Source of the DNA: Camelus ferus
Taxonomy: Eukaryota
DNA: 64,000 bases
Reading direction: 5' to 3'
Assembly (NCBI RefSeq): GCF_009834535.1
Contig: NC_045716.1
Span: 29,016,001-29,080,000 of the forward strand
Part shown: one piece after another, positions 11,061-49,799 of the stretch
Position numbering within the stretch: the first letter of the stretch is position 1
Layout of the letters: every line of letters begins with the position of its first letter
The notes under the pieces: generated by a model
What the model saw: the letters and a program-made list of their open reading frames with translations, nothing else
Databases searched by the model: none
What the model was told of the DNA's origin: nothing
Position numbers and translations under genes: made by a program

Positions 11061-12414
11061 CGTGAAGTTAACACGCATCCTTGAGGGGTTACCATCAGTC
11101 CCCTTGGTTACCCCCATCATCATTCTTACCTGGGCTGTGGGCTAGAGAGACGGGGTGAGGGGCGCTCACCCAGAATGCCAGGGGTGGGAGATGTGGCATC
11201 AGGGTTAGGGCTCCCCTCGCCCTGCCCTCTGCCTGGCCTGCCCTCGGGGTGACCAGGGGTCAGCTGGGGCCCCTCTCGGGACACTGACGTCCACCTGCAC
11301 AGGGCCTTGTTTGCTCAAAGGGTTTACGTGCAAAGACCGTAAACAGTTTAAAAACCACTCCCTTAAGCTAAGTCCTTACAAGGACTCTGTCACAAGAGCA
11401 AAGTCTGGGGGAGGGGGGAGGCAGGAGGACTCAGAGAGCAAGTCCAAGGGGAGGAGAGCCCCAGGCAGGCAGGCCCACAGCCCCCAGACCCACCGCAGCG
11501 ACAGGGACCTGACTCACAGAGCTTCCCGCCCTCCAGTCTGGCTCCAGAACACAGAATTTGTCCTGCAGGTGGGCTGGGGAAGGAGCAGATAGTATGTGTC
11601 CAAGAATTGTGAGCAGCAAAAGACAGGGGAAAGACTGTTGTGGCCAATCCGGGAGCTGTTACATAAATCACAGCCTATCCTGCAGCGGAGGACTTCAAAA
11701 CAGTTAGATTCAAGCAACAATCCGTGCAGCAATAAGGAACAATCTCTAAGACACAGTATTACAATTGCAAGAAGCAGAGGCTCGCCCTCGTCCGCACAGA
11801 CACCGCATCTCTGGGGGGCATACAGGTGTGGCCGGGCCAGCAGGGTGCGGCTGCACTGTCCGATGGGAGGGAAATCTAATGATCACTGAAATGCCCTTTT
11901 TATTTTTATTTTTAAACTTATTTTTATTTAAACATCTTTGAAACGCCCTTTGTGTTTGATTTTTCACCATGTGCATGTGTCACCGATTCACAAAATAAAT
12001 TTTAAATGAGCACACGTAGGGACAGATTTTCAGCAGAAGAACTTCCTGACCTGCAGACTTGCCGAGCAGGGGGCAGGGGGGAGGCGGGAATCTGCCTGTT
12101 GAGTAACACGTGTCTAATCCTTTGCAGACCAGGACACATGGGGCAAGAGGGGAAGTCATTTGCCAAAGGACTAGTCAGGCCCAGTGCCCAGTTTTCTTGA
12201 TTCCAAGCCCAAAGCCGTCTCTGTCCCACCACCCCGCAACTCGGGGCCCTACTGCACTTGCTGACTGAAGTGGTACTCGAGTCTTGAAGAGCAAGAGGGG
12301 GTCAGGTCCCTCAGGGAGCCAGAAAGGCCAGGGCAGGAGTGGCATCAGAGGGGACTTTATCTCTTTCCCAAGGGCTACATGGCCATCGCTACCTGTCTAT
12401 AAACTCACATATTA

Positions 12415-12838
12415 AAGAGGAAACAACACAAGTGCCTGTGAACAGATGAATGGATAAACCAAATGTGGTCCATCCACACGATGGAACACAGTTCAGCCAT
12501 AAAAAGGGAGGTCCTCACGCTGCTCCAAGCGGGTGAAGCGTGGGAACATTCTGCCAAGTGAAAGAAGTCAGACACAAACGGACACGTTTTGTACAATTCC
12601 ACTCACACGAAACATCTGGGAGAGACAGATGTTTCAGAAGCTAGATTACAGGTTCCCAGGGGCCGAGGGAGGTGGGAATGGGGAGTAATTATTTAACAGG
12701 TGCACAGTTTCTTATCAGGATGATGAGAAGGTGCAGGGAACAGTGGTGATGGTGACATAATAACACATCTACTTCATGCCGCTGAGTCGCACACTTGAAA
12801 AAATAACTTTTATATTATGGATTTTTACCACTATAAAC
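12415..12838 (+). mobile_element. L1M (L1MB-like) 3' end fragment
   Basis: aacagatgaatggataaac-aaatgtgg...cagccataaaaagg...aagtgaaagaagtcagacacaa...ttttatattatggatttttaccactataaa are typical L1M 3' end motifs. Confidence 0.85.
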
Positions 12839-14224
12839 AACTACCATGGGAGGTACGCACATAGTGAGAAGATTTTCCAGCAGCCCACACGCTATCTTCC
12901 TCCCACTGGGAGCCTCCCAGAGGCAACCACGTTCTCTGTTTCTTCTGAACATCGTTTTCCTGACTCCCGGCCAGAGACTTGATGAGACTGCGGGTTATTA
13001 TTCAGTTTCCCCAAGTGTGTTCCCACTGAGTCTCCACAGCCCCCTTGCCCTGGAAACAAGACCAGGAGTCGGTCCAGAGGAGCACACCCAAAAATCCTGC
13101 TTCCGCCAGCGGATCCCGGGCGGGCGGGCCTGGCTGCTTCTGGGGGCCGTGTCCCATGGGAGCCACAGAACTGGCCTCAAGTAACCATCCCCTCCTGGCT
13201 CCTGCCCACCTGGAATTGGCTGAATGGCTGCTTCCTGGCTGCGAGAAGGCCCAGCATTTGGCTCTGACCCTGCTCAGCACGTGACTGACCAGGGTCAGCG
13301 GTGGCGCCTGGTTCTGCATCCGTGGCTCCAATTTGGTCCGGAACCTGCCTGCTGGCCCTGGCTGAGTGGGGAGGCTGGGAATTGGAACCCACTACTGGGG
13401 AACATGCTGCAGGTGCCCGCGGCTGGGAGCCCTTCCCAGGCTGCCACCAGGAACGCATGGGCACCAAACCCACACCCGCTGGTGGAGCTGTGGGGAGAGG
13501 TGGCCGGATGGGTGGCTGGTGTTCTCCACGTGAAGCCGACTGTTAGAAGTGAGTCAGCGGTTTCCCTAGCCCCAGCTCGGCAGTAAAACCGCACTCCAGC
13601 TGGACAGTTGATGGAGGGGCCGGCCGAACTCGAGTGGGGCTGATGGTCCCTGTGGACCAGCTGCTGTGTCCTCCGTGGCTGACAGGCTAGCGGGACCGGT
13701 AGGGTGGGGGTGACAGGCTCTCACTCAGCTGAGACTGACGGCTCTGCCCAGCCCTCTGCAGCCGGGCTCACGCCAGCATCTGGTGCCTCTGCATCTCCAC
13801 CTGGGAGGGCAGCGAGGCGGACTGTGCAGCAGCAGTGGGGACAGGGGCAGGAAGGGCTGTCGCGAGTGGAGGCTGGGTCCGAGAGTGGAGGCCTGGCCCT
13901 GCCTGTGAACTGGGATCATTTCTACCATCAGTTTTCAGGGTTATGTCTGGCACCAAACTTCCACCGAGCAAGTGAATGAAGGAACAGAGGAGACAGGCTA
14001 ACGTTGGGTGGAAACGTGGAGAGACTCCTTGTCTGGCGAGAGTTGAGGGGGGCGTCCCCTCCCACTGGGCGTCTTCAGGGCGGGACGGGCTCGCTCACCC
14101 CTAGGCTGGTGCCTGGCACGTGTGACGGGAAGTGAGGCCCGAGTGAGCCGGCCATCACCTCCTCATTGATTAGGACCTGGGGGCACCAGTGGTCTTAGAG
14201 ATCAGTGACACAAAAGGGTTTATA

Positions 14225-14275
14225 ACACGTGGGGAAACTGAGCTCAGAGAAGGGGATGCCAGGCCCAAGGGCAGT
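14225..14275 (-). mobile_element. MIR core fragment
   Basis: ggggaaactgagctcagagaagg...gcccaagg. Confidence 0.55.
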
Positions 14276-16974
14276 CCAGGCCCACTCGCCCAGGGTCCGC
14301 CAGGTCCTGGGACGCCAGGGCGAGGGCGGGCAGGGTGGCCCTTGCAGTAGGGAGGCCCAGGCTGGCTTCAGGCACTCCCGGGGCCTCCCATGCAGGGGAT
14401 CCCTTCTCCCAGGGGTCCACAGGCCACACGGAGCAAGGCGCTGGGGGGAGGAGATGGTCTCTCACACTAACTGTGCCTCACTCTGGAGGTCAGGGAAAAT
14501 TCTGAGGTGTCATCACCCAGCAGCACTCTGAAGGAACAAGGGGAGGACAAGGCCGGCATCACGGGGGCAGCAGAGGAGGACCAGGCCTCGGGCCAAGGCC
14601 CGCCTGCTCTCCAGCCCTCTGGGTGCTCACTGGCCTCCCCCAGCCATGCTGACTCACCGCGCCCCCGCATCTGGGCCCACCGCAGAGGCTGGCTCTCCCA
14701 GGGGCCTGGTCAGGCTGAGAGCCAAGTGCCTGGCCTGTGTGTGGCCTTGGCTGCCCCCGACCTGGCCCCTTCCTCCACCCACACTGCCAGGGGAGCGGAT
14801 GCCAGGCACATCCTGCGCCGTCCTCACTCGCAGGAGCTCCGGGATGGAGGTTTGACACGTGGATCCCCCCACCCCCTCCAGCCTAAGCGCCTCTCGGGTT
14901 CCCGCTGGCAGCCTGTCCTGGCCCTCTGACTGGTTTTCTCGCTATCGCTGGGGTGGTACGGACCACCGGCCCCGGGGCTGCCCAGGGAAGGGAGGAGAGC
15001 ACCCCTTGCCGGCCCCAAGTGACAGTGGGCAGGTGGGCAGCAGGTGGCTCTGGAGAGCAGAGAGCTGGCTGGAGAGCCGGTGGGAGGCATCCTCTCCAGC
15101 CTGGGACTCCGGCCAGGGGCAGACATGGGAGACAGGAGGTCCTGCGGTCCCCGACGCTGACGGTGCCCACCTGTGCACAATGCAGCAGGAACTGTAGCTG
15201 ATCTCTGACCTATGGGAGCTGGTGGATAAGCTTCTCCTTTCTCCCCTGGGCAGCCCTGAGATGCGATCTGCTCGGATCTGGGGGGACAGCCGTGTGCAAC
15301 TGAGCCACAGCTTCCCACAGAGACATGTCTTCCCCTGGCTCCTCCGTCCCATCTCGCTCCCCAGGCCCCTTGCCCGCTCCCCGCCGAGCTCCGCTCCCCA
15401 CAGGCATGCTGACGGCAGGACACCCGCCACTCACTGGGAGGCCATCTCAGTTACTCCAAGCCTCCACACCCGATGCACCGGCCTTGGCACCAGGCGGGTC
15501 TTTAATTCTGGCCGAGTCGCAGGGGGCTGAGAGGAATGCTCAGCAGCAGAGCGCCCACTGCCTGTGAGCTGAGGGCCTCCTGCACAACCTCAGCGTCTAG
15601 GCTGTGGACCTACTGTCCACGGAGGTGTCCTGGTCCCAGTGCAGAAAGAAACCAACCCAGTACCCCCCGGATACAGGACAGAGGGCTTGGAAAACTGACC
15701 CTCACCATGCGGGGCAAAGCCAGCCGTAGCTGTGTTGTGCAGAAAGGCCGCCTCCGTCCCCTTCCCCCCAGCACGCGCCGCATAGGCTCTCGGGGGCAGG
15801 GAGCGGGGAGGTCTCGCTCACACCGCCACCGGCGCGCACAGAGCTCCCTCCAGAGGCTCCAGGTCGAGCTGGGGGCGGACGTGTGGACAGTTCTCTCCTC
15901 AGACCGCCTTCCTGGGCTTGCCTTGCTGGCTGCACCCCTCACAGGCCTGGGCAGGGGGCCCCTGTGCCCCACCACCCCCGCCCCATTCCCGGTCACCACA
16001 GGCCAGCTGACACAGGGCGAGAAGGAGCCAGTCCCTCTCAGCTGTGCGGGTCGGCCGGCGGCCCTGCTGGGGCGCGTCCACCGTGCCCCCTTCCCACGCC
16101 GGGCTCTCAGCAGTGGGGCTGCCCTGGCCTCTTCCTGGCCTTGGGCCCCACACCGGCCTGCACGCAGCAACCAACGGGTCTACTGTCAACGTGCCGGCCG
16201 CTCACGCCCTGCCAGCCTCGGAGGAAGTTCAGACTCATTTGCGGAACCCTGAGTCCTCTTGCCCTGGCTGCACCGTCCCTCCCTTCAACCCCAAAGTCCT
16301 GGGCTGGGCCTTCCCTGTCTGGTCGGACGCACCAGCTCTGCCCCACGACTACCGACCAATCACTTCTTGCTCCCTGAGCACTGCCCTCGAGACAGCACCC
16401 TGCAGGCTGGCCCTTTGGGCCCGCAGGATGTCCTCGTGGGCAACGGGGTCACACGCCCACAGCCACACACGCAGGCCCACGGAAGAGCCAGCATCTGACC
16501 TGCTCCTGGGCCCACCCACCACCCCCAAAATCCAAAGCCTTAGGGTTTTCCCGAGTGCTTGCAGCAGCCTCTCCCTGTCTCCAGTTCCACTCCAACTTCC
16601 GTCCCAGCCAGGAGCCTTTCAAAATACTGCCCGCATAAGGCCTCCACTGCACTTACGAGACCACGATGACGTGTGCACCCTCTCCCATCAACACATCACC
16701 CTCACTGCCACAGCTCCAGGGGCCCCGGCAAGCTGGACCCCACTGCGCTTCCCGGAGCTGCCCTGCCTGCTCCCAGCCTGTCCAGGCTCTGAGGGGGTGC
16801 CACTCCCACCCAGCCTACCTGGGCTGTTGATGAACTTGTTTAAGGTGTGTTACCCCACTGGCTGCTGCCCGTGCAGAGCTCTGGAATCAGACCCCAGCTC
16901 TGCCTCACGGCCGTACACCTCTAACAGTTACTGGGGACCCCTAAGGGCTTTTGTCGATGTGGGTTACATCTGTC

Positions 16975-17170
16975 AGTAGTGGCCATGTTAACCATTTTGA
17001 TAATGTTGATTCTTCCAATCCAAGAGCACAAGACAATTTTCCATTTCTTTGTATCATCTTCAATTTCCTTCGTCAGTGCTGCAGTTTCCAGGGTACAGGT
17101 AGCCTCCTTGGTTAAGTTTATTTCTAGGTATTTTGCTGGTTTCAATGCAATGGAAATGTTTATGCCAGTT
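16975..17170 (-). mobile_element. L1 ORF2 fragment (degenerate)
   Basis: - strand translation contains KEIEDDTKKWKIVLCSWIGRINIIKM, an L1 ORF2 hallmark segment. Confidence 0.9.
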
Positions 17171-17224
17171 ATAAAATTCTGGGTTTTGAACTGCCAAAAA
17201 AAAAAAAAAAAGTGAATGAAGAGC

Positions 17225-17780
17225 CACAATGGCAAAATACCCTCCTTTTTTTGCGGGTGAGCTGTGCTCCATCCCGTGTATGTGCTGCACCTTCTGTGTC
17301 GTCACTTGTCCAGACGTGCACTAGGATGCCTGCCTGTCCTGCTGATTGGGAACAGTGCTGCTGTTAACAGGGGGGTGTATGTGTCTTTTTGAATTAATGT
17401 TTTTGTCTTTCTCAGGTGTATGCCCAGGAGTGCAGTTGCTGGGCCACATAGTGGTTGTTTTTAGGTTTTTGAGAAACCTCCATATTGTTTCCCACGGTGG
17501 TTGCACAGTTTGCATTCCCAACGGTGTCTAAGGCCTCCCTTTTCTCCACATCCTTGCCAACATTTGCTATTTGTGTTCTTTTTGGTGATGGCCATCCTGA
17601 CAGGTGTGAGATGGTGTCTCACTGTAGTTTGACCTGCATTTCCCTGACACTGGCAAGGTCGGGCAGCTTTTCATGTCCTTGTTGGCCATTTGCGTTTCCT
17701 CTTTGGGAAAAATGTCTTTTCAGTTTTTCTGCCCATATTTTAAATGGGTTGTTTATTTGTTTGCTTTTTAATTGAAGTAC
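17225..17780 (-). mobile_element. L1 ORF2 C-terminal / 3' region fragment
   Basis: - strand translation contains [16 protein letters not shown]; plus strand ccacatccttgccaaca...tctcactgtagttt-gacctgcatttccctga are L1 motifs. Confidence 0.9.
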
Positions 17781-17887
17781 AGTTGATTTGAAATGTTTTA
17801 TTTAAAAAAAATTAAAACAGTATCGGCCATATTAAGAATTAAAACTAAGGCTTTTGAGAAACACTTCTGTATTTTGGGGGGGTTCTT

Positions 17888-17975
17888 AACAGACTTTATT
17901 TTTTTACAGCAGTTTTAGGTTCTCAGCAAAATTGAGTGGAAAATGCAGAAAATCCCCATATACTCTTGCCCCTGT
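17888..17975 (-). mobile_element. L1MC-like 3' end fragment
   Basis: agactttatttttttacagcagttttaggttctcagcaaaattgagtggaaaatgcagaaaatccccatatac. Confidence 0.7.
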
Positions 17976-20178
17976 TGCCACACACTTCTGTGTTAAGTCA
18001 AGAAAAATAACAATAGTTAAGTCTGTATCTTTAAAAAATGAAAACTAATTTTATCTCCCAGGGCAAAAACTTTCAAGTGAGAAGAGTGGTGTTCTTTTAC
18101 TGTTCGCGCCTCTTTGAAGTCCGGGTGAACCGGAGACACGTGGAATCTCACAGCCACCCTGCGTCAGATCGGCCGTGATGAGCGGTCCTGGTCAGAGCAC
18201 GTGAAGGAAGTCCAGCCCACGCGGACCCATGGCAGGAAAGGAGCACTGAGGACTGTGGCCTGTGGCCTGGCTAGAGTGCAGTGAGAGTGCTGGGTCCAGC
18301 TCACCCCCGACACACTCTGGACGTGCTAGGACCCGCTTCTGTCTCCAGGCTCGTGCCCAGAGCTGGCCAAAAGCCACAGCAAGGCTGTGCAAGCCTCTTT
18401 CCTTCCTAGGAGTCCCCTCAATGTGGACACGCCTGGCGGTGTGTGCCAGGTGGGAGGGGGGTCCCCTCCCCATGCGGTCGCCCTGGACTTCTTGAGACCC
18501 TGGGGCCTGCCTCGGGCCCCCCACCACAGCTCCGGGACGGCAGGAGCCCCACACTCTGCAGCTGCTCCAGGCTGGGGGAGTCTGCTCAGCATCTGGGAGG
18601 CCTCCCGGCCGCATTCCTGCACATCAACTTATCCATACAGGGCAGGCGGGGAGCCTGAGGGGGGGTTAGGTCCTGCTGCCTACCTTTCTGAGACCAGGTG
18701 TTCCTCTGTTTTCAAAATGTGAAACAGAGACTGGGGAACCAGCCTGTTGCTGGCAGAGAAGACAGCTCGCTCCCTCCTGATGAGCAGCTATGAGCCAAGA
18801 TTTACAAGGTCCCCTTATGGCCGCTGGTCTTCAGAAGAGGCTATGCCTGTGGCTTGCTCTTGCTGTAGCCCTGGAATCCTACAAGGTTTCCCTCTGTAAT
18901 GCACAGCAGGCTTGGATTAGGAGTGCTCCACTTTGCCTGAGGTCAGTTTCTGTCTCCAACCGCCCCCTCCCACCACAGTTTTGGTTAAGAAATACATTTT
19001 ACTTGATGGCTCAGAGCACACACACTAGAAGAAAACTGTAACAAAATGTAGCCTTAAAAATGCTGCCTGTAACTGTCTGAGTTGATTTTTGGTGCACTAG
19101 TAACTTGCTACCCTCTACTTACAAAATAGGGGTCCAGATACGGCGTCCCTTTATTAACATGGGAAAGGATGACCACTACCACCTGTCACATCAACGCCAA
19201 CTTTCTTACTCTTGTCATTTTGCAAGCAGCAACAGCATCACCCGATTGAGTTTTCTGTTCCTTTAACTTTTTTTCTTAAAGGCACAATTCACGCTTTTTA
19301 CAGAAACCCTGGAAAAGATGGCAAAGCCAAGCCTCTCTCTCAGCCCTCATCCCGTCCCCAAGACAAACCCTGTGATTTCTTTTCCTCCCAGACCTGTGGT
19401 CACACTTCAGGACCGGGCTGACTGCATTCTTCTGTGACGGGAATAAAACGGGCACTGATCCCGCCAGGTAACCTAAGCTTGAGGTTTTAAAAACTAACTT
19501 CTTTCTTCCCAACTCAGCCATCTGAGAGCAACTTTCCTTTTTAAAATAACACCCTGAGATATAATCATAACGTTCACCCTTAAAGATGTGAGCAGTTCAC
19601 ACATCTTGTGGTTTCGTTCTGCCCGCCTAACTGCCGAACACTCCCCAGGCTCGCCCCCCAGCCTCGGCGTGCCGGTCTGCACACTGGGCGCAGGGCCCGG
19701 CCCAGGACCCGCGGAGACCCCGCCCGCGGCCACGTGCGCAGCACCCTCCTGGTCCGGCGCGGCGCGGCGTCAGCTTCCTGGCACCTACTAGTTTAAATTT
19801 CAGCTGAAAGCAGGGCAGCATTTTTCTCTTTCCCAGGACAGCACAGGTTTAACGTCCTCAAGGAGCCGCGCCGTCCAGCCCATACCAGGACGGCAACGAC
19901 CACTCCAAGACCTCCGACGCCCCCAGGCCCCGCCCGGAAAAACCGCGCTGCGGCGCATGCGCGGCAGGCGCAGCCCGAGCGGGCCAGCGCGCGCGCGCTC
20001 GGGCGCATCCATCTCCTGACAACTCCCCCCCGGCCTCCGCACCGATGGTTCCGGCCACGGCGGGGCGGGGCCAGGCCGCGGCGCGAAAATCGGCGGGAAG
20101 AACGGAGCCACTTCCGCCCGCGGTCCCGCGGTTCCAGGTCCTGCTGCACCCGTACCCGCACCCGCTCCCGCTCCCGCC

Positions 20179-24160
<3,982 letters not shown>

Positions 24161-24608
24161 GCCTGGTGGGCGTGCCAACACAGCCTGGCCTCTGTACCTG
24201 GGCCTTACTCCCTTTAGAAGACGACGCACTTTGCTTTCCCTGTCCAGAGTCCCCAGGAGGGTCGCCTGGGCTCTGGCTGCTGGGCTCGAGGGTCTCCAGC
24301 CAGTGTTGTGGGCCCCCCTGTATACAGGGTGCAAGGAAGTGGGGTCAGGGAGAGGGGATCCCATTAGTGGAATAACCCTCCCAGTTGTCCACAAGTGCTC
24401 TCCAGGTGGATGCAGGGTCCTCTCAACAGGAAGACATGCAGAATCTGAGATTGGAAAATGAAGGCAGGGGCCACGAGCCTGGGGAACACAGGTGCCTTTA
24501 GGAGCTGGGAAAGCCCAGAACTGGCCCTCCCAGGTCCTCCTTGGAGCCTCCAGAAACCAGCCCTGCGACTCATGCCTTGGTTTTTGTACTTGGTTTCTAG
24601 AGCTGTAA

Positions 24609-24614
24609 GATAAA
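24609..24614 (+). terminator. Candidate CDT1 poly(A) signal, variant GATAAA
   Basis: Best hexamer I found between the CDT1 stop and APRT; UGUA and U-rich sequence upstream. Confidence 0.45.
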
Positions 24615-24799
24615 GTTGTTTTAAGTCTGCACATCGGTGTGACGAGTTACAGCAGCAGGGGAAGCCCTACTGTGCTCAGATGACTCCCCCAGTGAGTGAT
24701 GACTCCCAACTGCTAATGTCACCAAGTGCTCAGCCCGCCGGGGGGCCTTTGCACCTTCCACCCTGGACACTGGGAAGGAGACACTGCTCTAGAAAGTTG

Positions 24800-24805
24800 T
24801 TTATT
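24800..24805 (-). terminator. APRT poly(A) signal AATAAA
   Basis: plus tttatt, about 250 nt past the APRT stop. Confidence 0.85.
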
Positions 24806-25053
24806 CATATTCTCACTGCACTGTAGACACGCCTGTAGTGGCCTGGGTTTGGCTGGCTCCAGCCACCAGCTCCAGGCCTTGGCACTTCCAGAACCCACAG
24901 GAGGGCTCCAGGCAGCAACCTGCCTGGAGACTCAGCCATAGGGACAGAAAAAAGTCCAGGCGGGCAGCCAGGGCCCCTGTTGGCCAGTGGGGGGGTCACT
25001 GGCACCAAGGCCAGCCCTCTCCCCTTGCAGTTAGGTGTGGGCCCTGGCTGGGG

Positions 25054-27091
<2,038 letters not shown>

Positions 27092-27884
27092 CGTGGCTCC
27101 GCACGTGTCTCGGACACGAGGGGCGGGCTCTGCGCTCGGCAGCCGGGCGTCTGCGTGGGGGGCGGGGCCGGGCGGACTCGGAGGCTCCGCGCCTGCGCAG
27201 GAGGGTGGGCAGGGCCAGGCCCGGGGGCGGGGCCCACCCGTCTCCTGTAGGAGGTACTGGTATTTCGTCGACTCTTAAGTGCCACCGGCCTATACACTCG
27301 TGCTTGTTTCTTGTTCCCTGAACACAGGCGTCCCCGCCTCAGGGACGTTCGCGCGGGGCCCAGGTGCGAGTCAGGGTTGACGGAACACGGCGTCCACGCA
27401 GGCCCGCACTCACCCCGCCGCAGCCTCGCGCGTTCTTCCTTCCCTCCCGGGCGGGTCTTGACTGAGCTGCAGCGCGGTGCGAGGGCGCCGGCGCGCGCAC
27501 GGGGCGCAGGGGGCTCGGCCGGGCTCGGAGCGGTCCCGAGCGGGAGTGCTGTGCAGCGGCCTGGAGGGGAGGGCCGGAGCTGGGGAGCAGTTCAGGGAGG
27601 ACCAGCGGCCCGCGGAGGGGCGAGCCAGAGGGGCAAGCCCGGGCCTTTGATGCCCGGCTCCCGCAGGGCCCGCAGTGGGAGGTAGCCCTTCCCAGCCCGG
27701 CTGGACTCTCGGCAGGGTGGGGAGGAGGGAGTGACGGGATGCTTAGCCGGGGCGGCCGCAGCACCCCTCCCTCAGCCTTGGGGCGGCAGTGCCATCCCAC
27801 TCCGCCGCCACCATGGTGCCCAGAGGGGGCAACTTCCCCCAAAATAGAATCTCATTTTGAAAAAAGGCTGCTTAAATGTGTTAC

Positions 27885-27890
27885 TTTATT
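27885..27890 (-). terminator. GALNS poly(A) signal AATAAA
   Basis: plus tttatt, about 750 nt past the GALNS stop, in an AT-rich patch. Confidence 0.8.
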
Positions 27891-28636
27891 CTAAAACTGT
27901 TTTCTTCGTAATTCCCCAATCTTACACCAGTACAGATTTGGCATGACAGTCTGCAGAGTGGAAGCCCCACTCGGGGTTGAAATGGTCCAGGGGCCTTCAG
28001 GGCGAGGGTGCTGGAGTCTGTACAGGGCTCTTGTGATTTCGCTGGTGAACTGGCTTATCCTTAAGCTCTGCCACCCTGGGCCCGAGGGGAGGGTCGGCAG
28101 GGCAGCTGTGAGGCAGACAGGCCCCAGAGTGTGCTGGGGTCAGGCGTGGGGGGCTTGGATCTCTAAGGAAGGGGTGGCATCAGCTGTCCCCACTTGGCTG
28201 TGGAGGGTCTGGGTCAGGGAGGCCCGTGGCCTCCTCCCCTTCATGTTCCCAGTCCCCCACCGTGGGCGATGCCAGGGTATCCCCTCTGCACAGCGCCAAG
28301 GGGTGACACAGGATTGTCATGGCTGCCCTGGACACCAGGCCTGAAGTACTTGGGGCCAGCCGGGAGGTAGTTGGAGCAGAAGGGGAGGGCATGAGCTGCA
28401 CAGGGGTCCTGAGACCCGCTGGGCAGCATCCAGTTCAGGGGCTGCTCTGGGCCTGAGGCGGCAGTGACCGAGGAGTAACTCCAGGGCCCGGCTCAGGTAA
28501 GCGCAGCAGGTGGCGTCCGTCTGGCACAGGACCCTTGGTGCTCTTCCAGCACAGCAGCCCTGAGGCCGGAGCCTTCCTAGCCGCCGGCACTTGCAGGGTC
28601 TGGAGATCCTGGACCTCGCTGGAGCCCAAGGAGGTG

Positions 28637-49552
<20,916 letters not shown>

Positions 49553-49766
49553 GGCAACCACGCCGAGCGCCGCCGAGCCCCGGAGCCGCGGGAACCGGGC
49601 CGTCGAAGCGGGAGGCCCTTCCGGCCGGGGGACGGGGCGGGGCCGGACCAGCAGAGTGATAGGAGGGGCGGGGTCAGGGCCGCTCGGAAGACAGACAGGT
49701 GGGCGGGGCCTGGCCGGCCGCGTGACTGGCGCTGCCGTCACGTGACGCGTCGGCCGGGCTTCCAAG

Positions 49767-49799
49767 ATGGCGGTGTGCGTGGCGGTGATCGCCAAGGAG
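49767..49799 (+). CDS. TRAPPC2L: TRAPPC2L exon 1 (coding part)
   Basis: [11 protein letters not shown]|gtgcgt. Confidence 0.95.

Noticed and set aside
16044-16979. 311-aa intergenic ORF
   Set aside because: Non-ATG start, P/S/A/L-rich, no recognisable domain, no promoter or poly(A) support
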